A stretch of DNA of 38,939 nt, from assembly GCA_016872925.1 (NCBI GenBank), contig VGYR01000003.1, positions 1-38,939 of the forward strand. Direction: 5' to 3'. The notes beneath the pieces are model-generated. The model made no database searches. It was not told the origin of the DNA and saw only the letters and a program-made list of their open reading frames with translations. Made by a program: the position numbers and the translations under genes. The stretch is from Planctomycetota bacterium. GTDB taxonomy: Bacteria > Planctomycetota > Planctomycetia > Pirellulales > UBA1268. Each line of letters starts with the position of its first letter. Position 1 is the first letter of the stretch. Below are positions 1 to 8,057 of the stretch, piece after piece.

Positions 1-98
1 CAGCCCGTCACGACCGTCACGAAGCTCTCGAACGTGGGTGTTGTCATCGTCGGAGCCAGTGCTTGCAGCAACCCGATGAATCCGGGTACAAGATTCAC
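1..98 (-). CDS. Transposase N-terminus, probably IS701-like/DDE_5 type; truncated by the window start
   Basis: Not in the ORF track. The minus strand reads AAGGAGG (105-111), then GTG at 98, and translates to MNLVPGFIGLLQALAPTMTTPTFESFVTVVTG(W). This resembles N-termini of planctomycete DDE transposases as I recall them (…MTxPTFxSFxTxxTGW…). The catalytic domain lies outside the window. Confidence 0.65.
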   Translation of the reverse strand, partial: MNLVPGFIGLLQALAPTMTTPTFESFVTVVTG

Positions 99-162
99 GG
101 CGAGCCTCCTTGCTCAAAGTGAATGGGGGTTGAAGTCCACTCACTTTGAAGGAGGCTCGCCG
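98..162 (-). promoter_or_regulatory. Long hairpin that sequesters the transposase SD and start codon
   Basis: Perfect 14-bp inverted repeat CGGCGAGCCTCCTT (98-111) / AAGGAGGCTCGCCG (149-162). An inner 8-bp stem CAAAGTGA (115-122) / TCACTTTG (141-148) extends it. Confidence 0.7.
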
Positions 163-327
163 CTTTTCAGAGGCCAGTTTCAGCCCGCGATTCGGCCCTC
201 AAAAAGTGCAAAACCCGAGGTAAGACCAGCCCACTTTTTCCGGCGTTCGCGCTCCGCGCGGCCGCGTGGTACCCTCTTGCGCCCGGTGACATCCGGATCC
301 ATAGTCGTCGTGTCGGGAGGTGTGCCG

Positions 328-1653
328 ATGGCGGGGATTCTTCGTCGCTCGTTCTCGCTCGCTGCGGCAGTCGTCGTGGTGTGCGGCCTTGCCACGGCGC
401 GGGCCGAGGATCCTGTCCTCGTGTCGATCACGGGGCCGCTTCAGGGGCGAGTGGGTCAGCGAGTCAGCTTCGAGGTGGAGATCGTCAACAGGTCCGGAAG
501 GCCGCTCCAGAAACTCCGCGTCGTCGACTACTTCGACCCGGGCTTCCATCACGATGCCTCGAAGAGCCCGATCGAACAGAAGGGAACGATCGACCTGATG
601 CCCGGTACCGCGCGGAGGCTAACCCTCGACTTCCTGCTCGACGAACCGGGGCGCCAGTGCCACCGCGTGGAAATCTTCGACCCGACGCACGTTCCCGTCG
701 GAGGAGGTACCCACTGTGTCGAGGTTCAGCCAGCCGTGGCCGCGGCCGTCCCGCAGCCTGCGGCGCCGCCGGTCGTTGCCCCGCCGGTGATGGCTCCCGT
801 GGCGCCCGCCACACCGGCGCCGACCGCCGTCGCCCCGGTGCCCATCCCGGCACCCCAGGCCGGCACCACGGCGGTGGTTCCCCCGTCGGCTGCGCTCGAG
901 CTCGATCTCACCGGCCCCGCCGAAGCCTTGGCGGACGGTGTCGTCGAATACGTGGCCATCGTCAAGAACAAGGGGGGCGGTGCGTCCGCGCCGACCACGT
1001 TGGAGTTTGCCTGGGATGAGCGATTCACGCCGCTCGAGGCATCCGATGGCTATAACCTCGTGGCATCGAAGGTTTCCTGGAACCTCCCGCCGATCGAGGC
1101 CGGCGGCCAGCTGAAGCGTCAGATCAACCTGCGTGCCTCGGTCCCTGCCGGGACATACCGCGACTCGCCGGCCACGCGGTCGTGCATCCGGGCGGTGCTG
1201 GGCGGCTTCGGTGGAGGAGCGATGGTTGCCGACGAGAGCTGCGTGATGATCTCCTCGAGCACTCCCCGGCCCAGGGTCCGGACGCCGTCCGAAGCCGGCC
1301 TGAAGTTGTCCCTGGCGGATCTGGACGACCCGGTTCGTCCGGGCGACTCCACGACCCTGGTCTGCACGGTGACCAACGGGGGCACCGAGCCGACCGGGAT
1401 GCTGGACCTCGTGGTGATGATCCCCGACCAGGCCCGGCTCGATTTCGAGCGGTCGGCTGCCCGGGTGCGGATCGACAGTTCCAGGATCTCGTTCGAGCCG
1501 ATCCCGGCCATCCCGCCGGGGGGTCAGAAATCCTACGAGATCACGTATCGCCTCCCGACGGGGGGCAGTGGGCGGGCGTCGGCCGTGCTCTCGAGCACCA
1601 CGCTGGATGGCTCGCTGGAGCGCACCTGCCAGACGAGTTTCCTCGAGCCCTGA
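328..1653 (+). CDS. Exported DUF11/CARDB-like Ig-fold repeat protein
   Basis: GGGAGG at 315-320 precedes ATG 328. Signal peptide ends in ARA|E. Three Ig-like repeats (V.I.GP…F.V.I.N; L.L.D..DPV.PG…TVTN.G) with a Pro/Ala linker. Confidence 0.75.
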   Translation: MAGILRRSFSLAAAVVVVCGLATARAEDPVLVSITGPLQGRVGQRVSFEVEIVNRSGRPLQKLRVVDYFDPGFHHDASKSPIEQKGTIDLMPGTARRLTLDFLLDEPGRQCHRVEIFDPTHVPVGGGTHCVEVQPAVAAAVPQPAAPPVVAPPVMAPVAPATPAPTAVAPVPIPAPQAGTTAVVPPSAALELDLTGPAEALADGVVEYVAIVKNKGGGASAPTTLEFAWDERFTPLEASDGYNLVASKVSWNLPPIEAGGQLKRQINLRASVPAGTYRDSPATRSCIRAVLGGFGGGAMVADESCVMISSSTPRPRVRTPSEAGLKLSLADLDDPVRPGDSTTLVCTVTNGGTEPTGMLDLVVMIPDQARLDFERSAARVRIDSSRISFEPIPAIPPGGQKSYEITYRLPTGGSGRASAVLSSTTLDGSLERTCQTSFLEP

Positions 1654-1757
1654 TCCGCCACGAACGGTTGGAAGGGATCGCGCGGCTGCTCCGCCTGGGG
1701 GGATGGGTGTGAATCGGCCGCCTTTGCCCGGACGATGACCGAACCTGGGGGGCGGTC

Positions 1758-2912
1758 ATGATCGTCGTGACTTCGAATTGGGCGATTGGGGATGGGACGC
1801 TGGCCCCGGCCGTCGAGCCGTCCCTCGGCGGGCTCGTTGCTGCCGTCCATCGCGCGGTCCTCAGGGCCGGTGTTCGAGCCGACGGCTCATATCGACCCGT
1901 CGACCGACTGGACGTGGTGCTCGCCGGCGACACATTCGATTGGCTGCTCTCCGCAGAGTGGCTGGCAAACCACAAACCCTGGCATGCATCCGCCGCTGCC
2001 CGTGAGACGCTGGTGCGCATCGCGGGCAGTTCCACACGACTCGGGTGGCCTGTTCTGCGATCGCTGATCCACTGGGCCCGCCACGGCGTGAACGTGCCGG
2101 CAACCCGGGGCGGCAGTTGGTGCGTCGCCGTTCCCACGCGGGTAACGATCCTGGTCGGTGACCGTGATCGTGAGGTCGAGCGTGTGTGCGGCAACCGATG
2201 GCACTCGGTCTCGATCGGCCGGTGCTGGGACGATGGTCGCGTGTCGATCCGGCACGGCCACGAAGCCGATCCCGTGTGCTCGTCGTGTGCCGCGGACGGT
2301 AGTCACCAACTCGATCGCCCACCGACGCTGGCGGAGAGCGTCACGGTCGAGTTGCTGGCACGATTCGCCGCGGCGATCGCTCCCGAAGGCCGGTCGTTCA
2401 TGCGGCGGCTGGCCGCGGCCGGTGTGATGGAGGTTCCAGGGGTGATCCGCGCCTGGCGGGCGTCGAGTGCGGCCGCGATGAGTCAGCGAGCCAGCGACGC
2501 CTGGCGGCGGAGCGTGGACGCCTGGTGGCGGACGGCACAGCGGTGCGTTCCCGCCGTCGAGGCGGAGTTCGACGCGGTCGGTGCTCTGGCCGGTTGGTTT
2601 CGTGCGGCCGTCGAGGAAGATGCCACCACGTGCCCGCCGGCTGGCCTGATCCCGCCGGCCGGCCTGATTCGGCTGGTTTGCAGGCGGGCCCGCGGCTCCG
2701 CAGGCGCGGTGTTCGGGCATCTGCAGGGAGCAGGCGTTCCGATGTCCGCGGTGGGCCTGGGAAGAGCGGTGCGGGCGGTCGGGTGTCGAAACCCGCAAGG
2801 CTGGCCCACGTGGGACGTCGTCGCCGGCGCCGCGGTCGCCGCCGCCGTCGTCACCGTCCAGCCCTCGGGTGTGACGATGGCCGGTGGCGACCGAGTCGTC
2901 GACGCGGCATGA
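1758..2912 (+). CDS. Degenerate calcineurin-like metallophosphoesterase-fold protein
   Basis: Motif order matches the fold: IVVTSNWAIGD (DxH position), LAGDTFD, VGDRD (GNHD position), RHGH, FGHL. Confidence 0.6.
   Translation: MIVVTSNWAIGDGTLAPAVEPSLGGLVAAVHRAVLRAGVRADGSYRPVDRLDVVLAGDTFDWLLSAEWLANHKPWHASAAARETLVRIAGSSTRLGWPVLRSLIHWARHGVNVPATRGGSWCVAVPTRVTILVGDRDREVERVCGNRWHSVSIGRCWDDGRVSIRHGHEADPVCSSCAADGSHQLDRPPTLAESVTVELLARFAAAIAPEGRSFMRRLAAAGVMEVPGVIRAWRASSAAAMSQRASDAWRRSVDAWWRTAQRCVPAVEAEFDAVGALAGWFRAAVEEDATTCPPAGLIPPAGLIRLVCRRARGSAGAVFGHLQGAGVPMSAVGLGRAVRAVGCRNPQGWPTWDVVAGAAVAAAVVTVQPSGVTMAGGDRVVDAA
2633..2668 (+). repeat. 18-bp in-frame tandem duplication encoding PPAGLI twice
   Basis: CCCGCCGGCTGGCCTGAT followed by CCCGCCGGCCGGCCTGAT, one mismatch. 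Confidence 0.85.
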
Positions 2913-2948
2913 TGTCTTCGGCGACCTTCGAGTCGAGGAAGGCTCCGC

Positions 2949-3275
2949 ATGCTCTCCGAACAGCTCATCTCGATCACCACCACGTTTTCCACGAGCGCCG
3001 CCGCCGAGGCGTGCGGCCGCCGCCTGGTGGAGATGCGGCTGGCCGGGTGCGTGCAGGTCGAGGGTCCGCTGACGAGCATGTACCGTTGGCAGGGGCGGCT
3101 GGAGACGGCCACCGAATGGCGGTGTGTGTGCAAGACGGTGGCCGACCGGGAGATGGACTGCATCGCCGCGATCATGGCGCTGCACGACTACGAGATTCCG
3201 CAGATCGCGGTGGTCGCCGTCCGGGGATCGCCCGCCTACGCGGCCTGGATTCGTGATTCCCTGGTCGAGCCGTGA
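2949..3275 (+). CDS. cutA: Divalent-cation tolerance protein CutA
   Basis: 108 aa with LVEMRLAGCVQ, SMYRWQG..E, and HDYEIPQI…YAAWI, which are CutA signatures. Confidence 0.93.
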   Translation: MLSEQLISITTTFSTSAAAEACGRRLVEMRLAGCVQVEGPLTSMYRWQGRLETATEWRCVCKTVADREMDCIAAIMALHDYEIPQIAVVAVRGSPAYAAWIRDSLVEP

Positions 3276-3294
3276 GGTCGATGCTGCCGCACCG

Positions 3295-3786
3295 ATGACG
3301 TCGCCCCCCTACGCCTTCGAGGTTTCGCTGCACGCCGCATCCGGGAACGCGGCCCCGGGCGACGTGCTCACGGACGCGTGGGGGACGTGGCCCACCATCG
3401 TCGTTCCCAGGGAAGCGCTGGCGCAGCCGATGGAGATCCGATTCGACGAAGCGCTCGAACGGCTCGGCGCGCTCGAACGGCTGTTCGTGGAGCCCGACGG
3501 ATCCTTCGTCTGGTCCAGCCCCCGGTCCGGCATTTCCAAGCCGTCGTTCTGGTGGCAGGTTGACGGGAATGCCTTCGAGCGGGCGGGGCGGGTTTTGCTC
3601 GTGGACCTGAAAGGCAGCTGCCCGCCGACGGAGTTCGACCGTGTCCTGACGGCGCTGGGGTGGCCCACGCAGGCGGTGATGGTGCAACTTGTCCGCCCCG
3701 CCCTGTTCCTCGATGAAGCGACCTTTCGGAGACACGCGGCGGCCCGGGGGCGGGCCGGGGACGGGGAGGTTCTGCGGCCCGCGTAG
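3295..3786 (+). CDS. Hypothetical protein
   Basis: ATG 19 bp after the cutA stop. Globular-looking sequence (LFVEPDGSFVW, WQVDG, DLKGSCP) with normal codon bias. Confidence 0.7.
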   Translation: MTSPPYAFEVSLHAASGNAAPGDVLTDAWGTWPTIVVPREALAQPMEIRFDEALERLGALERLFVEPDGSFVWSSPRSGISKPSFWWQVDGNAFERAGRVLLVDLKGSCPPTEFDRVLTALGWPTQAVMVQLVRPALFLDEATFRRHAAARGRAGDGEVLRPA

Positions 3787-3905
3787 GGTCGGGTGGTGGC
3801 GATTGTGCGGGCCGAGCCCGGGTGTGCCGCGTTGGGGGCCGAGGATTGGTCGATAACCTTCGCAATTGCCTGTTTGGACTCCGTGGACGAGGGGAGTTTT
3901 GCATC

Positions 3906-4637
3906 ATGCTGCGGTTGCCTGGCGGCCATCGTCTGAATCGCGTGCTCTGGGCAGCGGGGGTCTCCTGGGCGCTGCTCTCACCGCTTTCCGGGCAGGCCGG
4001 GCTGAACGCCGTCGAGGAACAGGCGATTTCCACCACCTACGGGAGCGGGGTCCACTCGTATTTCGCGGGTGACTACGCGCGGAGCCACGAGATCCTGTCG
4101 CAGGCGATCGAGGCCGGCACCGGTGACCCCCGAGCCTGGTACTTTCGCGGACTTGCCGCCCTGAAGCTCGGCCGGCTCGACGAAGCCGAAGCTGATTTCT
4201 CCGCGGGAGCGCGTCGGGAATCCGAGAATGCCGGGGCCTGGGGAGTGGCGAAGTCGTTGGAACGGGTGCAGGGGTGCGAACGCCTCCAGCTCGAGCGGCA
4301 TCGCGTCCGGGCCCGCGTGGCCTCTCTGCAGGAAGATCGGCGGCGCAGTAGGATGCGGTATCTCGAGGTCGAGGCGGCCGAACCCGAGGTGCTTCGCGAC
4401 CGCGTGCCGGAGATGGGTCGTCCGGCAGTGCCGGAACAGCCTTTCAAGCCGGTGGCGCCCGAAGCAGCCCCGGAGACCAGTCCCGAGGAACTCGCTCCGC
4501 CCCTGGATCCGCCGGCGGAAGAGAATCCCGCGGTCCCCGCGGCGGAAGCGGCAGAAGCGGCGCTGCCCGACGCGTCCGATCCGTTCGGCGCGGTCGAGCC
4601 TCCTCCAGACTCGGAAGCCGGGCCCGTCATTCCCTGA
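3906..4637 (+). CDS. Exported tetratricopeptide-repeat protein; start uncertain
   Basis: Hydrophobic N-terminus, TPR-like YGSGVHSYFAGDY and AWYFRGLAALKLGRLDEAEADF, and a Pro/Glu/Ala-rich tail. Confidence 0.75.
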   Translation: MLRLPGGHRLNRVLWAAGVSWALLSPLSGQAGLNAVEEQAISTTYGSGVHSYFAGDYARSHEILSQAIEAGTGDPRAWYFRGLAALKLGRLDEAEADFSAGARRESENAGAWGVAKSLERVQGCERLQLERHRVRARVASLQEDRRRSRMRYLEVEAAEPEVLRDRVPEMGRPAVPEQPFKPVAPEAAPETSPEELAPPLDPPAEENPAVPAAEAAEAALPDASDPFGAVEPPPDSEAGPVIP

Positions 4638-4644
4638 CAGGCCT

Positions 4645-5037
4645 TCAGGTGTCGATTCGTGCCGCAGCCAGGGCGAGGCAGAGCCAGCCCGCGATCAGGG
4701 CTACTCCCCCGATGGGCACGATCGCCCCGAGTGCCCGCACGCCGGAAAGGGCGAGCGCGAGCAGGCTTCCGCTGAACACGATGACTCCCGCCAGGAAGCA
4801 CCACGCCGCGATCGTCGTCCACGGCATGCTGGAGGGACGCACGAGTCCCAGTGTGCCCGCCGCCACGAGGGCGAGCGCGTGGACCATGGCGTAGCGGCAG
4901 CCGGTTTCCCAGGTGGCGGCCTGCCCGGTGCGGTCCAGCAGATCCCTGAGGCCGTGTGCCCCGAACGCCCCGCAGGCGACGGCGACGCCGGCGAGCACCG
5001 CACCGCACGTCACGCTGGAGCGGGGTGACATGATCAC
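4645..5037 (-). CDS. DUF423 (YgdD/TMEM256) family membrane protein
   Basis: GAFGAHGL, WETGCRYAMVHAL, FSGSL and GAIVPIGG motifs. GTG 5037 overlaps the secretin stop; alternative ATG at 5031. Confidence 0.92.
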   Translation of the reverse strand: MIMSPRSSVTCGAVLAGVAVACGAFGAHGLRDLLDRTGQAATWETGCRYAMVHALALVAAGTLGLVRPSSMPWTTIAAWCFLAGVIVFSGSLLALALSGVRALGAIVPIGGVALIAGWLCLALAAARIDT

Positions 5038-7883
5038 GGCGTCGGCGATGCTCCGAGCAACTTCTCCTCCTCTTCCTCCTGGATGATGATCCGCGGCGTG
5101 ACCATCAGCATCAGGCTGTCCGTCGTCCTGCCGAGGCCGACGTTCTTGAAGAGCCGGTTGATGTAGGGGATCTTCGAGAGGATCGGCACGCCGAACTCGT
5201 TGCGTCCTTCGCGGAGCCGCTTGATGCCGCCGAGCAGCACCGTGCCACCATCGGGCACGCTCACGGTCGTGGTCACCGTCGTCACAATGAACTCCGGCTG
5301 CTGGATCGTGGTGCCGTTCGACTGCAGTTCGAGTTCGCCCGCCGCCGCCACCCCGTTGGTGACGCCGAGGAGCCCGTCGGCACCCGGCACCTTGAGGTCC
5401 GTACCGCTCTTTTCATCGCTGGTCTTCGATTTCGTCGACCGTGAGCCCTCGAACTGGAACTCCTGCACCTCGCCGATCTGCGAGAAGAAGGGTACGAGCG
5501 TGAGCCGGACGAATCGCCTGTCGTTCGAGACAACGGCCTGCACGTTCACCGCCGTGCCCTCGTTGAGAACGGTGATCACGGGCTGCTGGGCTGCGGAGAA
5601 GTCACCAACCACAGGCACAACCGAAGTGACGAAGGGTTTTTGCCTCATGTCTGAGACGAAGGCTGTCTGCCCGTTGAAGAGCGTCACCTTGGGGGCTTGC
5701 ATCACGTTCGACCGCGTGTTGCCCTGAGCGGCCTGGATCAGGAAGTAGGCCTCGATGTCGGAGAGGACCGCGAAGCCGAAGTTCGCGGCGCTCGTCCCCG
5801 GATCGGGCAGGCCCGGGAGAGACGGAACCGTTGCGCTGCCGAAGCTGTTTTGTCTGAACGGGATCGAGAAGAAGTTCCGCCCGAAACTCGTGCCACTCGT
5901 GCCGGCACCGGTCGCACCGGCCGTTCCGGCGTTGCCGAGCGTTCCGCCGATGCCCGCGCCGGAGTTGTACAGTGCCACGCCCGGGTTGCCGGAGTTGTCG
6001 AGGCCGATCGTCTGTGACCGCCCGCCTGGACGGGCGTTCAGGCCCTGGTCGAAGGGAGATGCCGATCCGTTATTCTGCGACGGGATCGCCGTCATGTTGA
6101 GCGGCTCGTTCACGCTCGTCTGGATGTTGAAGTCGAAGTCCACGCCGATCCGCTCGAAGAACGTGTCGGCGAGCGTGATGAATCGCACCTCGATCGTCAC
6201 CTGGAGGTCCTGAAGTCGCCGCAGCTGGGCGAGCAGGTTCGCGATCTCCTCGTGAACCTCTTGCGTCTGGCTGACCACCATACTGAGGCTGGTGTCGAAC
6301 TGGCGAACGGCCCCCGGCCCTCCTTGGGCATCCCAGGTCGTCGGCTGGATGGTGTTCGTGATCAGGTCGATGAGAGGCTGAAAGTTCGCCATGTTCCCAC
6401 CGGCCTGTGAGGGGCCGAAAGGAATGGAGGGCGTGGAGCCGGTGATCGGGGGGCCGCCGCCGAGTTGGGCGAGCGAACCCGCGTCGAGGGCCTCGTTACC
6501 GCCTGCCCGAGGGCCCGGGGCGATGCCGGAAGGGGGAGGCCCGACCTGGACGGCCAAGTTGTTGCGAAGAGCGACCTGCGAATAGCCCTCGCGTAGCGCG
6601 CCGGTGATTCCGAGCCCATCCGAACTGAAGTTTGGAATCGGCAACACCAGGTCGGCGACCGGATAACTGACTGTATAGACCTCACCCTTGGTCCGCTGTG
6701 GGCTCGTGACCTTCAGCACCTCGTCCTTGACCGCGTAGCCGAGGTGCAACGGCTCGAGCAGCAGCTTGAGCGCGCTCTTCAGGGAAATCGGCTGGTCGAG
6801 TGCGAGCGTGACGGGCGTGTCGCTCCGCACGGCCTCCTCGTCGAGTCCGACCATGTCGAGGTGGATCGCCACGTCGGCCTGCTTTGCGAGGGCTTCGATG
6901 ACCATCGCGAGCGGCTGGTCGCGATAACTCGGCCTCACGGGCTGGTCGAGCTTCTTCCGGATTTCGATCTCGGTGGGGGTCGCCCGGGACCGTCCTTCGG
7001 CCAGCAGCTGCGAGCGAGACTTCGTCAGGTCGGCCCAGTCCTTGGTCGCCGGAAACTTGATCGGGCCGGCGAAGGGGGCCGCCGAGCCCTCGACGTCTTC
7101 CGCGACATCGAGGAAGCCCGCCTGCCGCTCCCCGTCGATCGTCCGCTGCGCGTCGAGGCGGCGGATCATGCGGCTCTGGGAAAGGAGTTGGCGGACGACC
7201 GCGTTGTCCGGCGCGAGTTGCCCGGCCTTCTTGGCAACCGCCTCGGCCTCCGGAAAGCGCCGCTCGTCGACGAGATCGTTGTACTCCTCGACCAGCATCG
7301 CGATCCGCTGGTCCACCTCGACCCGCTGGGCCCGTTCGCGATCGATCTTGGACTCGACTTCGGCGGCCTGCTTCTCGAGCGCCAGTTCGGCACGACGCTT
7401 TCCCGTGGACTCCTCGATGTCGAGCCTCGTCCGCTCGATGCGGCGGAGCATCTGGGACCGGGTCTCCTGCGGTATCGGCTCGTCTCCCAGTCGGCGTGCG
7501 GTCGCGTCGAGCAGATCGAGGGCTTCCGCCGGGGCTCGCTGGGAGAGCCGCTTCGCCTCGAGTTGCTTCGCCGCCACTTCGGCCGAGATTCGCGCGATCA
7601 GCAGCCCATCGGCCTGCCCGGCGTCTGCCTGCGGGGCGGGGGCGATGTTCGTGACACCCCCGCCGGCCTGCCGTGAAGCCCCGATGGCCTCCTCGATCAC
7701 CTGCCGCGCCATCCGCTGTTCGTCGGCCGGGGAGACCGACTCGGTGGTTTCTTCCGCCGACACACCCGACATCGCCGCCGAGACCATCGCGCACGCCCCG
7801 AGAATCCGCCACCGCCATGCCTGGCATGTGCCGACGGGCCGAAGAGGCCCAACCACGTTTCGGTGGCGGGAGGTGCGAACCAT
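5034..7883 (-). CDS. Secretin (GspD/PilQ-like, type II/III secretion outer-membrane pore family), planctomycete long form
   Basis: C-terminal secretin motifs QVTIEVRF, APKVTLFNGQ, TTVSVPDGGTVLLGG, GVPILSKIPYINRLF and LMVTPRII. STN/N-domain-like region and helical N-terminus. Confidence 0.9.
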   Translation of the reverse strand: MVRTSRHRNVVGPLRPVGTCQAWRWRILGACAMVSAAMSGVSAEETTESVSPADEQRMARQVIEEAIGASRQAGGGVTNIAPAPQADAGQADGLLIARISAEVAAKQLEAKRLSQRAPAEALDLLDATARRLGDEPIPQETRSQMLRRIERTRLDIEESTGKRRAELALEKQAAEVESKIDRERAQRVEVDQRIAMLVEEYNDLVDERRFPEAEAVAKKAGQLAPDNAVVRQLLSQSRMIRRLDAQRTIDGERQAGFLDVAEDVEGSAAPFAGPIKFPATKDWADLTKSRSQLLAEGRSRATPTEIEIRKKLDQPVRPSYRDQPLAMVIEALAKQADVAIHLDMVGLDEEAVRSDTPVTLALDQPISLKSALKLLLEPLHLGYAVKDEVLKVTSPQRTKGEVYTVSYPVADLVLPIPNFSSDGLGITGALREGYSQVALRNNLAVQVGPPPSGIAPGPRAGGNEALDAGSLAQLGGGPPITGSTPSIPFGPSQAGGNMANFQPLIDLITNTIQPTTWDAQGGPGAVRQFDTSLSMVVSQTQEVHEEIANLLAQLRRLQDLQVTIEVRFITLADTFFERIGVDFDFNIQTSVNEPLNMTAIPSQNNGSASPFDQGLNARPGGRSQTIGLDNSGNPGVALYNSGAGIGGTLGNAGTAGATGAGTSGTSFGRNFFSIPFRQNSFGSATVPSLPGLPDPGTSAANFGFAVLSDIEAYFLIQAAQGNTRSNVMQAPKVTLFNGQTAFVSDMRQKPFVTSVVPVVGDFSAAQQPVITVLNEGTAVNVQAVVSNDRRFVRLTLVPFFSQIGEVQEFQFEGSRSTKSKTSDEKSGTDLKVPGADGLLGVTNGVAAAGELELQSNGTTIQQPEFIVTTVTTTVSVPDGGTVLLGGIKRLREGRNEFGVPILSKIPYINRLFKNVGLGRTTDSLMLMVTPRIIIQEEEEEKLLGASPTP

Positions 7884-8057
7884 GCGGAAAGTCCTTGTCC
7901 GGGAAGCGGTCTCTGGGGCGGGAGAAGTAGCGAGACCGACGCAAGCGGGTCAAGGCCACGTGAGGATCGAACAGCCTGGGGAAACCCGGGTGTCCCGGCG
8001 GGCTGCGGCAGTGGCGGAGGCGGTGGCCCCGTGCCGGTAAACCGTAACCGGCGAAAA

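Larger units (their letters stand above)
1..220 (-). mobile_element. Left end of a putative insertion sequence; candidate terminal inverted repeat at about 201-220
   Basis: AT-richer segment upstream of the transposase start. The minus strand begins CCTCGGGTTTTGCACTTTTT, with TAAG next to it at 221-224 on the plus strand. The partner end is not visible, so the boundary is inferred. Confidence 0.5.

Noticed and set aside
34-327. N-terminal 98 aa of ORF 34..1653
   Set aside because: It overlaps the IS end and transposase start. The SD and signal peptide point to ATG 328.
733-880. Repetitive GCC/CCG-rich tract in the DUF11 gene
   Set aside because: Explained by a Pro/Ala/Val-rich protein linker, not a DNA repeat element.
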